Source of the DNA: an uncultured Nitrososphaeraceae archaeon
GTDB taxonomy: Archaea; Thermoproteota; Nitrososphaeria; Nitrososphaerales; Nitrososphaeraceae
Reading direction: 5' to 3'
Length of the DNA: 64,000 nucleotides
Assembly (NCBI GenBank): GCA_963779615.1
Contig: CAVZZA010000005.1
Coordinates: forward strand, 544,001-608,000
Of this stretch, positions 53,148-63,759 are shown piece by piece (positions within the stretch are counted from its first letter, which is position 1; the number at the start of each line of letters is the position of its first letter). Made by a program: the position numbers and the translations under genes. The notes below the pieces were generated by a model that was not told the DNA's origin, did no database searches, and saw nothing but the letters and a program-made list of their open reading frames with translations.

Positions 53148-54086
53148 GTGAATAAATCTCCAATTAATTTCATGACGCTTGGAATAATAGCCATTTCTGT
53201 TTTCCTTGTCCTAGGAATGGGATCCTCTTACAGCAACATTGTCTCTGCCTCCACAATAGAACAACAACAGCAACAACAGCAGCAGCAGCAGATTAGCCAG
53301 CTGCAACAGTCAAACAACAGTTTTTCAGCCAATAGCTCATACAAAGAGAACAACCATTTTCCCGTGCCTACCTGGTGGCCAAATATTGAAGAAAACGTTC
53401 AAACACATTTCAACCGCAATACATCATATCCACACATTAGTGATGATGCGTTCATCAGTCCATTTTCTATTGTAATAGGTAATTGCTACATTGGAAAATT
53501 TGTGTTGGCTGCCCCTACCTCTGTTTGCCGAGCAGATGAAGGAACCCCCATTTTTATAGGCGACCTATCAAACATCCAGGATGGTGCAGTTCTTCATGGG
53601 TTGGAAACAACCAATGACGGCAAAAACATCGACAACAGACGTTACTCGACAGACGGCAACTTGCTACTAGGAAATGATTCGGGTTTCGATAAAGGGTATT
53701 CTGTCTATGTGGGCTACAACACAAGTCTGGCCCATGATTCCATGGCTCATGGTCCAGCATGGATAGGAAATAACACCTTTATTGGAATGAAAAGCATAGT
53801 CTTTAATGCGAAGGTTGGAAACAACGTTGCCGTAGGCATTTCGAGCACAATAACCGGTGGCGTGTCCATACCCGATAACAAATACATTCCACCAGGCAGT
53901 GTGATTACAAACCAAACTCAGGCTGACTCTTTACCCATTAGGGTTGGTAGTCCGTATGAAAAAACCAACAATGCCGTAGTGGATGTTAACACCCACCTAG
54001 CCGAAGAATACCAAAAACTCGGATTGGAAAAGTTATCCCAACAAAGGGAAAAGGAAATGGAACAAACAATGATTGACATCAAATAA
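53148..54086 (+). CDS. cam: Secreted gamma-class carbonic anhydrase (Cam-type)
   Basis: Signal peptide and polyQ linker, then R.DEG.PIFIG..SN.QDG.VLH.LET and SLAH.S..HGPA (three Zn-His plus the Cam-type acidic loop Glu) and the C-terminal helix TN.AVV.VN.HLAE.Y, as in Methanosarcina Cam. Confidence 0.9.
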   Translation: MNKSPINFMTLGIIAISVFLVLGMGSSYSNIVSASTIEQQQQQQQQQQISQLQQSNNSFSANSSYKENNHFPVPTWWPNIEENVQTHFNRNTSYPHISDDAFISPFSIVIGNCYIGKFVLAAPTSVCRADEGTPIFIGDLSNIQDGAVLHGLETTNDGKNIDNRRYSTDGNLLLGNDSGFDKGYSVYVGYNTSLAHDSMAHGPAWIGNNTFIGMKSIVFNAKVGNNVAVGISSTITGGVSIPDNKYIPPGSVITNQTQADSLPIRVGSPYEKTNNAVVDVNTHLAEEYQKLGLEKLSQQREKEMEQTMIDIK

Positions 54087-54533
54087 AACCCCTGCCTGTT
54101 TTTCAAATTAATGAGTCAGTCCAAAATCCAAATTCAATATTTTTTTTTAGAACATTAATACATGTAATTAGAAAGCAAAATAATTTTTCCAAAGTGAAAA
54201 AAAAGATGGTGGCATTCATTATAACAGTTAATACACACAACATCAAAAACAGAGCCGAAGTTTGGTCACAACCTACGGAACCTCTGCAGGCAAAGGTCTG
54301 TCGAAACTTGACGAGAAGTCGGATTTTTTTAGCATTCACACATGTACCTTTTTTGAAGGTTTGGAATTTTTTTAATCAACCTTCAAAGGTTTGGTGGATA
54401 TGAAACAGATGTGGATTGACTCTATACCCACAACAGCAAATCAAGAAAACACAGCCCCTAACTCACATGGATGGAATAAAAAAACAAATGCAGAATCATA
54501 AAGATAATAAAAACTGAAAAACAGAGTTGACAT

Positions 54534-54953
54534 ATGGCAGTATCAACCATCACTGTTCAAATTAAATCAAGAGGGGAAAACGATATCATAGACATTACAG
54601 ATCAAGCATCAAAGGCAGTAAAAGAAAGCAAAACGGAAAATGGGATTGTCACAGTTTTTGCTGTGGGATCAACCGCGGCAATAACAACCATAGAATATGA
54701 ACCTGGACTCAAATCAGACTTTCCAAACATGCTGTCAAGGATAGCACCAAAGGACATACAATACAGGCACGACAACACTTGGCATGATGGAAATGGACAC
54801 TCGCATGTCCGGGCATCCTTGTTAGGTCCAAGTTTAACCATCCCATTTATTGAGGGCAATTTGACTCTAGGAAGATGGCAACAAATAGTGTTCATTGAAA
54901 TGGACACAACACCCAGGGATCGCAGGGTTGTACTGCAGGTAATGGGGGAATAG
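54534..54953 (+). CDS. yjbQ: YjbQ/UPF0047 family protein (secondary thiamine-phosphate synthase)
   Basis: IIDIT, GSTAAIT..E.EP, Y.HD....DGNGHSH.RASL.G, LG.WQ.I...E.D. Confidence 0.9.
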   Translation: MAVSTITVQIKSRGENDIIDITDQASKAVKESKTENGIVTVFAVGSTAAITTIEYEPGLKSDFPNMLSRIAPKDIQYRHDNTWHDGNGHSHVRASLLGPSLTIPFIEGNLTLGRWQQIVFIEMDTTPRDRRVVLQVMGE

Positions 54954-55181
54954 TCCCAACAGTGCGTACAGCAAGATCTGCTTTTTGCCGTTATTTTAAA
55001 ATATGTTTAGTAGTAACAAAAATTTCACATTTTACAGCATGTCTTAACTTAGGAAATTTTGAATGATTATTGGAGAATTGGCTACTTTGGAATACATTAA
55101 GGAAATTATAACCAATTATCATTATTTTAAAAATGCGCAAAAAAAATATCTAATGATCCTAATATCAAAGGTTAAGGCATA

Positions 55182-55560
55182 TTGCCACTGGAGGGAAAAA
55201 CAGTCATAGTTACTGTCTCTATCAGAGGATTTGTTTTAAAATTGCGAAGGGATTTGCAGAGAACAATTGTGCAATCTTTATCGCCGTTTTTGCAGTCAAA
55301 AACGAGATATAAGGGCAGCGGCGGCGGCAGCAAAGATAAATGGCAAAACATTTGCGGCAAAGATTGACGCAGCAAACGGTAAATGCATACAAGAGTCCAC
55401 ACAACAAAAATTATCCAACTACAAACAAGCACACAGCCTGGCAAATACCACCTGCTGTCCATTTGACAAAAAATACATGGCAACAAGAAATTTCATGATG
55501 TTTGAAAGAAAATTAAGCAGCATTGTTAGACGGGCCTTCATTCATCATATGAAATTACTG
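55182..55560 (+). pseudogene. Decayed SDR oxidoreductase, paralog of 20600..21388
   Basis: Across frameshifts: LEGKTVIVT.S.RG/KIAKGFAENN/...KINGKTFAAKIDA...LAN..CPFDKK, versus LEDKVAVVTGS.GG.G.AIAKEFAENN...KINSSKVFAAEVD...LVNNAGYPFDKS. Confidence 0.75.
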
Positions 55561-55889
55561 CGGATCAAGCGAAATATCTAAAATTAGGCTGCTTCTTTTA
55601 TTATGAAATTGTTTAAATAAATAGATGTAGTATATAATCATGCAAAACGATGACCCGGGTTTCTGTTCCGTTCACCGAAGGTCATTATCAAGGCAGAGAG
55701 GAAAGGCCAAACACGGGACTGGCTGATAATAGCCTCTCTGCCTGCATAAAAACACATAAAATCTAATTTTTTATTCAGCATGAGAAAATGTTTTATCGTA
55801 TTGTTAAACATGGCGTTAAAAAATGGGTTCGAAATGCATGCTCTCATCATTTTTTTGGAAAAAAAGGGCAAAACATGAAAAAAATATAA

Positions 55890-56177
55890 TTATGTGCTCT
55901 CTTCTTCCAATGGCTTTTTAGAGTACTTTATCTTTAAAAACAACAGATACGTGTTCAATGCCACTGCTGTAAAATTACCTATAATTAAAACGATATCACT
56001 TTTTCCCACCCCATAAACAACCCATAACGACAGGCCAACAATTAAAACTATTATAAACCGTATTGATAAATCATTAGTATCCTTTGTTCTCAGTGCTTTT
56101 CTTATCTGTGGGACAGTACTTGTAACGGCAAAACCTGTAGCCATAAAACCTATAATCGGCAGCAAAACATCCACCAT
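55890..56177 (-). CDS. SemiSWEET / PQ-loop family transporter
   Basis: PQI.K..RTK.T.DLS, LW.VYG, I.GN; three TM helices. Confidence 0.88.
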   Translation of the reverse strand: MVDVLLPIIGFMATGFAVTSTVPQIRKALRTKDTNDLSIRFIIVLIVGLSLWVVYGVGKSDIVLIIGNFTAVALNTYLLFLKIKYSKKPLEEEST

Positions 56178-56479
56178 TGCGCACTTACATTATCTTTACT
56201 CTTATTTATAGTGAAGAAAACCACATTCAGTCATTCAAACAGTGAATAGTCAATTGCTTCCATATGGTTTAAAATATATTTATATAAACCAATATGGTGG
56301 AATGGTTTTTTCTTATCCAAAACAATTATTTCCATTAAAGTAAGCATGGTTTAAGCCATAATTATTCTTAAAATTTTGTAATTAGTTATTTAAAATTGAA
56401 AAGTTAAATATTTCATCATGTAAACAAAGGCAGCAAAATACATTCAAAATGAGATTTATTTTGAGCAGAATATCAACAA

Positions 56480-56722
56480 TAAAATCAACATATGCAAATG
56501 TAGATTTTTATCAAAAACAACAGGGATAACAGCCCATTTTTTCGAAAAACAACTCCCAATAAAAAAACAACAGGGGAAAACATCACACAACAACAAAAAA
56601 CAAGCCGTCAAAAATCTCATAGCTTTAAAAGGGTAATGCTACACAATATCGGTATCCGTATGTAAAAACAATGGTTATTACAAGAATCCAAAAGGAAAAA
56701 CGCGTTATTGAGCTTTGCGAAC
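56480..56722 (+). repeat. Copy 1 of a ~240-bp direct repeat (non-coding leader plus start of HTH gene); copy 2 at about 63760-64000
   Basis: taacagcccattttttcgaaaaacaactcccaataaaaaaacaacaggggaaaacatcacacaac...atggttattacaaga..caaaaggaaaaacgcgttat occurs at both sites with few substitutions and a 6-nt indel. Confidence 0.92.
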
Positions 56723-57897
56723 AGGGCAAAACAATTAGAGAAATAGCAGAAGATGTTCACATGTCTTTTGCAGCAATCAGCTCAATAATAAAAAAACATA
56801 CAGGAGAAGACAAGGACAAGGAAAAAATATTATCTAAAGACACCCAGGCCATAAAACTGTACTCTCAGGACAAGACGCCAGTGGACGCGGTGATTGAATT
56901 GGATTTACCTCCCGAGGAAGCAAAAAGAGTTTACAGGGAATTTTGGATGTTAAAAGACCTGCACCAGCTAGATGCAACATATGAAGAGATACAAAACGAC
57001 ATGCCATCTTTTTTTGATTTTCAGAAGGATAAAGGATGAAGGATATGGAGAAGGAGACGTCATAGAACTACTACAATGTTCAAGTCAATTGCCTTCACTG
57101 GAAAGGATTGCTGATTCTCGTAAAAAAGAAATAAACGATCTTGATCAGAAAGAGCAAAAGATTTCCTTTAAAGTTTTTAAGTTAATGGAGCGTTTAAATA
57201 AACTGGAAAAACTTTCAGAAGAAAAACAATCAGAATTTGATGAATTGGTGCGTAAAATAAAAATAAAACAAGCGCTTTTGAAGATTACTCAAGACCGTAT
57301 TGAGGGTTTAAAAAGCAGCGAAGATTATCCAGAAAGTAATGAAATTATTGAAAAGAAAGTAACCTAATTTTTAAGCCTTAAAAAAGATATGCTAATGGCA
57401 TCTACTTTAGCAGCACTCCAGGCAATAAGGAATGACCATGAGAAAGGGGTTTTAACAGATGATTTTGGTTATCAATGTAATCAGAGCGGATTTTAGTGGC
57501 ACAGAATATGTAGAAGGTTATCAACATAATTTTGAACGCTACCTTCAAACATATCACACACCATTTTTAGAAATGATTAGCATGCTTTATGACAAAATTA
57601 TAAAAACAGTTCACTAATTTTTAAGCCTTAAAAAAGATATGCTAATGGCATCTACTTTAGCAGCACTCCAGGCAATAAGGAATGACCATGAGAAAGGGGT
57701 TTTAACAGATGATTTTGGTTATCAATGTAATCAGAGCGGATTTTAGTGGCACAGAATATGTAGAAGGTTATCAACATAATTTTGAACGCTACCTTCAAAC
57801 ATATCACACACCATTTTTAGAAATGATTAGCATGCTTTATGACAAAATTATAAAAACAGTTCAAAATCAAATATTCCCATCCTTACCAAAACGATGA
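56671..57897 (+). pseudogene. Multicopy Nitrososphaerales-type hypothetical protein (N-terminal HTH plus coiled coil), disrupted
   Basis: HTH GKTIREIAEDVHMSFAAISSII and second HTH-like P.DAVIELDL; frameshift in a T7 run at 57009-57015; in-frame TAA at 57365; 250-bp tandem duplication near the 3' end. Confidence 0.7.
57364..57863 (+). repeat. Perfect tandem duplication, 2 x 250 bp
   Basis: 57364-57613 and 57614-57863 read identically (ctaatttttaagcctt...taaaaacagttca). Confidence 0.95.
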
Positions 57898-58645
57898 CAC
57901 CCAATCAAAAGCTATTTTTGATTTACAACCATTTAACAAATAGTGAAGGAAAATGAATTTAAAAAAAACATGTATGCGATTGAGATGTGTATTAGCAAGG
58001 ACTCGATTTCTTTTACCATATCAACTATGGGACACCTTCATATTTTTTGAGAAGTATGCATTTTGGAAATATGGAAACGCCATACCTATCATCATGATTA
58101 AAGCAATATATCAAAACATTAGTTGGGTACACAGTAGCACACAAAGGCATATTTTAAAATGTATGTTTGTTTTTTTTGATGCCCACTTGATAATTCATAC
58201 ATTTCTTTAAATATTTAGAATCTATTTTATACTTTTTTCTTTTAGCATTTGCATCTACCAATTATTTCATACGGCTATTACATCAGTAAAAATATGTTTC
58301 AAAAAGAATTCAAATAATTGTTCCTTTGTAATGAATGATCATCCTTAACATCCACCAATTAACACTCAATAAGAGGAATCCTTTTTCGCATTTATCATAT
58401 AAAGATAATAATAAATAAAAATACAGAAACTTAGTTTACTTTAAAAGATCCCCAATGATATGCTCAAACTATTTCCTTATTCCTATTCTATTATTTTATT
58501 TATGAATGCTATACACTATTGAACATCTTTTTCATTAACCCTGCATTATCAAACTGTTTTACTTGATACCAAATCTGATTTGCAAAGCTCTTTGATAGCC
58601 TATTGTAATAAAAAGGAATGCAAATGATATAACAAATTTCTAGCG

Positions 58646-61420
58646 TTAGCCATTATCTCCAGAAAGGCCTTGGGAAATAAAGCTATTTGTATTTGGAGAA
58701 TCTTGTCCTGGAATTTCTTTAGGATTATTGGATTTTTTCCCGATGTTTGCATCTTGACTCTTGTCTGTTGGTTCCTTGACTGTGACTTGGCTCTTGTCTG
58801 TTGGTTCCTTGACTGTTACCTGTGCCGTGTTGCTGTCTGTGGTCCCGTCGCTGGCTTTGAATGTGAACCTGTCCTGCCCCGAAAAGCCGTCAGTCGGGGT
58901 GTAGACCAGAGTGCCGGTGTCCTTGTTGAGGTCTGTGATCGTTCCCGACTTTGGACCCGACACTATCGCGTATGTGAGGGCGTTGCCACCAGTGCCCGTG
59001 GCCTTGAGCGTTATGTCCGATGGGCTGCCGGAGGTTGCCGTCACGCTCTGGCTTTGGGCCACCGGTGGGCTGGCAGCCTGAGACACCGTCACCGTGACTG
59101 TGGCGGTGTTGCTGTCTGTGGTCCCGTCGCTGGCTTTGAATGTGAACCTGTCCTGCCCCGAAAAGCCGTCAGTCGGGGTGTAGACCAGAGTGCCGGTGTC
59201 CTTGTTGAGGTCTGTGATCGTTCCCGACTTTGGACCCGACACTATCGCGTATGTGAGGGCGTTGCCACCAGTGCCCGTGGCCTTGAGCGTTATGTCCGAT
59301 GGGCTGCCGGAGGTTGCCGTCACGCTCTGGCTTTGGGCCACCGGTGGGCTGGCAGCCTGAGACACCGTCACCGTGACTGTGGCGGTGTTGCTGTCTGTGG
59401 TCCCGTCGCTGGCTTTGAATGTGAACCTGTCCTGCCCCGAAAAGCCGTCAGTCGGGGTGTAGACCAGAGTGCCGGTGTCCTTGTTGAGGTCTGTGATCGT
59501 TCCCGACTTTGGACCCGACACTATCGCGTATGTGAGGGCGTTGCCACCAGTGCCCGTGGCCTTGAGCGTTATGTCCGATGGGCTGCCGGAGGTTGCCGTC
59601 ACGCTCTGGCTTTGGGCCACCGGTGGGCTGGCAGCCTGAGACACCGTCACCGTGACTGTGGCGGTGTTGCTGTCTGTGGTCCCGTCGCTGGCTTTGAATG
59701 TGAACCTGTCCTGCCCCGAAAAGCCGTCAGTCGGGGTGTAGACCAGAGTGCCGGTGTCCTTGTTGAGGTCTGTGATCGTTCCCGACTTTGGACCCGACAC
59801 TATCGCGTATGTGAGGGCGTTGCCACCAGTGCCCGTGGCCTTGAGCGTTATGTCCGATGGGCTGCCGGAGGTTGCCGTCACGCTCTGGCTTTGGGCCACC
59901 GGTGGGCTGGCAGCCTGAGACACCGTCACCGTGACTGTGGCGGTGTTGCTGTCTGTGGTCCCGTCGCTGGCTTTGAATGTGAACCTGTCCTGCCCCGAAA
60001 AGCCGTCAGTCGGGGTGTAGACCAGAGTGCCGGTGTCCTTGTTGAGGTCTGTGATCGTTCCCGACTTTGGACCCGACACTATCGCGTATGTGAGGGCGTT
60101 GCCACCAGTGCCCGTGGCCTTGAGCGTTATGTCCGATGGGCTGCCGGAGGTTGCCGTCACGCTCTGGCTTTGGGCCACCGGTGGGCTGGTGACTGGTACA
60201 ATATTCTTAATTGTTATTGCAGATGTCCTGTCTGAGGATAAATCGTTTCTATCTGTTACCGTTAATCTGAATGTGACTGTTTGGTTGTTTGTTCCTTCGA
60301 TTAATGGGGCATTAAAACTAGCCTTTGGTTTATCGCCATTAATCAAATTTACCTTAGGACCTGATGTCTGAGTCCATGCATATATCAAATTCTTCCCATC
60401 TTTTGAATCAAAACTATTTGATCCATCAAGAATGACATTCTTTTCGCCTTCATTAACTACCGTTTCAGTCTTGAGGCTGACTATCGGTGGATTGCATCCA
60501 GTTCTGTCCCTTATTGCCCCTATCGAGTTGTTTATGAAATTAATGGCATCTTGTGTAGCAAAGTCCAAAACACTAACTGTTGAAAATCCATAGTTGAAAG
60601 AATCGATGTATTCGCAAATCAATTTGTCATATCTTTCATTTACCTGTATGTCGCCTATTGCGTTATCCAATGAATTCAATAGGTCTCTTTGAAAATTCGA
60701 AGGTAAACTTAAGGCTGCAGTATATTCCCTTAGGTCGACTAAAGCATCTTTTATAGGCATGATTGTCCATGAAAAGGCTTCTGGACTTGGGTCTTTGTTG
60801 CCTGATGTATCTATAGCCCTAACTTGGAAGGTGTGTTGTCCTTGCCCAAGGTTTGTGTAATAACAGCCATTTTTATTGTCTATTTGGTAATTTACTGTGC
60901 TTGGCTGCCAGTTATTTTCATCCATTCTGCATTCAAAGCCCTTTACTCCCACTTTGTCAGATCCGCTGAATGCAAATCCGATATCATCCGAAATCGTATT
61001 TCCCTGGTTGTCTAGCTGCCCCATCCAACTAACCTTGGATGTCTCAAGAACTGTGCTTGGTGGGATGGTGTCCTGCACTCTAACCGTAAATGAGTCCGCG
61101 TTCTCGTTACCTGCGCCATCAACTGCAGTGCACTCTACTGTGGTATCACCTATTCCAAATGTACTTCCGGATGGCGGAATGCACTGTGCGCTAACATTTT
61201 TACTTGTGTTATCTGTTGCAATTGCATTAAAATTTACAATAGACCCCAGGGGTCCTGAAGCTTCAGCTATTACCGGGCTGACAGGCAAAGTGATTGTGGG
61301 CGGAACATTATCAACAAGTTGTGTTGGTGAAACCTGTGCAAATGAAACATTCGGCGATGTCAGCGCAAAGGCAAAGGCAATTAGCACAAATGCATAAAAG
61401 AGGGGATAACTGCTGCTCAA
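58646..61420 (-). CDS. Large secreted surface/adhesin protein: HYR, Ig-like and PKD-like domains plus five cadherin-like (Big_9/tandem-95) repeats
   Basis: Signal peptide; HYR (C.P.SGSTF.IG.TTV.CTA.D.AGN); GQHTFQVRAID.SGN.D; LDGS.S.D...Y.WTQ.SGP...F.AP; five copies of PPVAQSQSVT...YTP..GFSG.D.FTFKASDG..DSNTATV. Confidence 0.9.
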   Translation of the reverse strand: MSSSYPLFYAFVLIAFAFALTSPNVSFAQVSPTQLVDNVPPTITLPVSPVIAEASGPLGSIVNFNAIATDNTSKNVSAQCIPPSGSTFGIGDTTVECTAVDGAGNENADSFTVRVQDTIPPSTVLETSKVSWMGQLDNQGNTISDDIGFAFSGSDKVGVKGFECRMDENNWQPSTVNYQIDNKNGCYYTNLGQGQHTFQVRAIDTSGNKDPSPEAFSWTIMPIKDALVDLREYTAALSLPSNFQRDLLNSLDNAIGDIQVNERYDKLICEYIDSFNYGFSTVSVLDFATQDAINFINNSIGAIRDRTGCNPPIVSLKTETVVNEGEKNVILDGSNSFDSKDGKNLIYAWTQTSGPKVNLINGDKPKASFNAPLIEGTNNQTVTFRLTVTDRNDLSSDRTSAITIKNIVPVTSPPVAQSQSVTATSGSPSDITLKATGTGGNALTYAIVSGPKSGTITDLNKDTGTLVYTPTDGFSGQDRFTFKASDGTTDSNTATVTVTVSQAASPPVAQSQSVTATSGSPSDITLKATGTGGNALTYAIVSGPKSGTITDLNKDTGTLVYTPTDGFSGQDRFTFKASDGTTDSNTATVTVTVSQAASPPVAQSQSVTATSGSPSDITLKATGTGGNALTYAIVSGPKSGTITDLNKDTGTLVYTPTDGFSGQDRFTFKASDGTTDSNTATVTVTVSQAASPPVAQSQSVTATSGSPSDITLKATGTGGNALTYAIVSGPKSGTITDLNKDTGTLVYTPTDGFSGQDRFTFKASDGTTDSNTATVTVTVSQAASPPVAQSQSVTATSGSPSDITLKATGTGGNALTYAIVSGPKSGTITDLNKDTGTLVYTPTDGFSGQDRFTFKASDGTTDSNTAQVTVKEPTDKSQVTVKEPTDKSQDANIGKKSNNPKEIPGQDSPNTNSFISQGLSGDNG
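58754..58822 (-). repeat. 33-bp tandem duplication encoding QVTVKEPTDKS twice
   Basis: ctcttgtctgttggttccttgactgt repeated at 33-nt spacing. Confidence 0.85.
58827..60189 (-). repeat. About 4.9 tandem copies of a 279-bp (93-aa) unit
   Basis: Unit starts gtgttgctgtctgtgg at 58827, 59106, 59385, 59664 and 59943; copies look identical by eye. Confidence 0.95.
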
Positions 61421-61820
61421 TATTAAAACAAAAAAACTCGAGTATTTAAGTAGTTTTACTCATGTTGACCAGCCAAATAACTACTAAACCCCTTTCACCC
61501 GTATTGTTTTTCACTCAATGCCATAGAAAAAAATTCCTTTAAAAAATTTGACAATAGATTGTTTGTCACACTCTATCGGGAATATCCCTTCAGAAGATTG
61601 AAAGATATTTTCGTTATAGACAATGACGCATGTTTTATACCCACATACAAAAATGGTTTTCTTTTATTTTATTTTATATCAAAATATTTTGTAAATTCTT
61701 TACAACATCAAATAATGCCAATCCACAAAAAATTAGTGGCATAGTGGAGAGATCTCCCACGCCATTTCATTCAATCAAAAGAATACCATTACAATGTTAA
61801 TTCACATAAATGGATCAGTT

Positions 61821-62378
61821 TTATTTTGAGTAACCTTCTGATCTCCATATGTATTCATATCCATGGGAGTAAATGTCAATCACATTTCCAAATGGATCCT
61901 CGCAGGAAACAACTTTGTATGGTTTGCCTGGTGTCAATTCCCAAATTTTGCTGCGCTGCTTTCCCCCACTTTCCGCAATCCGTTTTGTTATTTCCTCTAT
62001 ATTGGGATCAGTTATGCAGATATGAAAAAACCCCGTTTTCCAATATTCAAAATTGTTCTGGCGTTGCTCCTCTTTTGGCTCTATAAATTCAAATATTTCA
62101 AACCCGACCTGATTGCCAAAACTCAAATGGGCCAATCTCAATTTCCTGAATCCCTGGCCGAAAACATCCTGAAAGAGCCTTCCAATGTGGGTATCATCAG
62201 CTATGCCCTCCATAGGCTCCTTTACCAAATTAAAGCCCAACACCTCGGTGTACCATCGTATTGCTTTATCCAAATCCAAGACACTAACAGCCACATGGTT
62301 CATGGTTCTTGGATAATGGTTGTGATGACGGTTATGCAATGGTGATGATTTCGAGCTGTTTTTTGGTTCCAAACTCAT
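61821..62378 (-). CDS. VOC/lactoylglutathione lyase-like protein
   Basis: YPRTMNHVAVSV.DL.KA..WY..VLG, GFEIFEF, FEYWKTGFFHIC.TDP, EDPFGN...IYSH.YE. Confidence 0.9.
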   Translation of the reverse strand: MSLEPKNSSKSSPLHNRHHNHYPRTMNHVAVSVLDLDKAIRWYTEVLGFNLVKEPMEGIADDTHIGRLFQDVFGQGFRKLRLAHLSFGNQVGFEIFEFIEPKEEQRQNNFEYWKTGFFHICITDPNIEEITKRIAESGGKQRSKIWELTPGKPYKVVSCEDPFGNVIDIYSHGYEYIWRSEGYSK

Positions 62379-62585
62379 TTTTTAGTTTGGGTGTACAAGT
62401 CATTTTAAACTTGCTATAAACTTGCCCACAAGTCAAGTTTTGGTTCAAAGGAACTGCCTTTGAAATTTCACACGTGTCTTTAAATTGACCAAAGTAAAGG
62501 TTTGGTTTTCTTTGTATCTGCTTGTCTGTTACCACCTACAATCTAACCTTATGTTTATAATCCATAATGGCAATAGCATCATATA

Positions 62586-63260
62586 TTGGCTACCGCTTCT
62601 TTACACCCACATCAGACAGGAGTTAGGGTTAGAAACACAACAAAAACAGACATTCCAAAAATAGTGAACCTGCAAAAAGAATCATTTCCTTTTCTCGCCA
62701 AATATGGAAACATTTGGCATGAGGAGGAGCTTTCAAGTCACCTTAGCGTATTTCCAGAGGGGCAACTTGTTGCGGTGGAACCTGACGGAACTGTGGTGGG
62801 TTCTGCAAGCACTCTTGTAGTCACCCTCAATCCAGATTATGCAGACCACGCATGGAAAGACATAACAGCAGACGGGATGTTCACAAATCACAATCCCAAT
62901 GGCGATAGCCTGTATGGCGCAGACATATCAACTCATCCAAAGTACAGGCATGAAGGAATAGGGAGTATGCTTTATGATGCAAGAAAGCAATTAAACATCA
63001 AATTGAACTTGAGAAGGATGATAGCCGGAGGAAGGCTATACAATTATTGTGAATATGCGAATCAAATCTCTGCAGCAGAGTATGCATCCAAAGTAATGGA
63101 AGGCAAATTGCATGATCCAGTTCTTTCTTTCGAGATTGCTAATGGGTTTAGGTTCATCAAGGTGCTTTCCAATTACCTTGATGATGTACGCTCTTTAAAT
63201 TATGCCAGCTTTATAGAATGGCTAAACCCAAACCACATCCACAAAAACACAAGGGAATAG
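62586..63260 (+). CDS. GNAT family N-acetyltransferase (YkwB-like)
   Basis: HL..FPEGQ, H.W..IT..G....H.P.GDSLYG.D..THP.YR..GIG..LY.ARK, AGGR..NY, DPVL.F...NGF. Confidence 0.88.
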   Translation: MATASLHPHQTGVRVRNTTKTDIPKIVNLQKESFPFLAKYGNIWHEEELSSHLSVFPEGQLVAVEPDGTVVGSASTLVVTLNPDYADHAWKDITADGMFTNHNPNGDSLYGADISTHPKYRHEGIGSMLYDARKQLNIKLNLRRMIAGGRLYNYCEYANQISAAEYASKVMEGKLHDPVLSFEIANGFRFIKVLSNYLDDVRSLNYASFIEWLNPNHIHKNTRE

Positions 63261-63759
63261 GAGAAGAATAACAACAAATTTGCAATCGTCTCTACAGAAG
63301 GGTCCATGTTCTGCATCATGCTCACATTGCATGTATGTTGTAGCCATACGCTAAGTGGTTTGATGGCAAGAAACCTTGTTTTTTGACTCAAGAAACAATT
63401 GTTCAAGAAACAATCATTAGCATCACATAATTAATTTCAATCCGGATTCGAGCAACCATATGGACTGATAAATATCATTGCTGTTGTTCTCTATGATTAA
63501 AACTTTATTTGTAAACAGAACCGATCGAAAAATAGGTTAAGCATATAATCAATTAGCCGTCAAATCAAGGTTTAGCAAATTCGTTGATACATGCATCAAA
63601 TTCAAGTCAAATCAAAGCAATACACGTTCATGGTAGGAACAAAAGATGACGAAATTAGGGGAATGGTTGGATTCCATAGTTTTAGTAAAATAATCACAAG
63701 AATCCCATTATGAATAAGACTCACTGAAAATAAATCTATTCTGAATATATTATTATCAA

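Noticed and set aside
58827-60189. Tandem repeats as a CRISPR array
   Set aside because: The units are 279 bp, coding and contiguous, with no unique spacers and no cas genes.
58670-60235. 521-aa plus-strand ORF
   Set aside because: Antisense shadow of the GC-rich adhesin repeats; one stop-free unit repeated five times explains its length.
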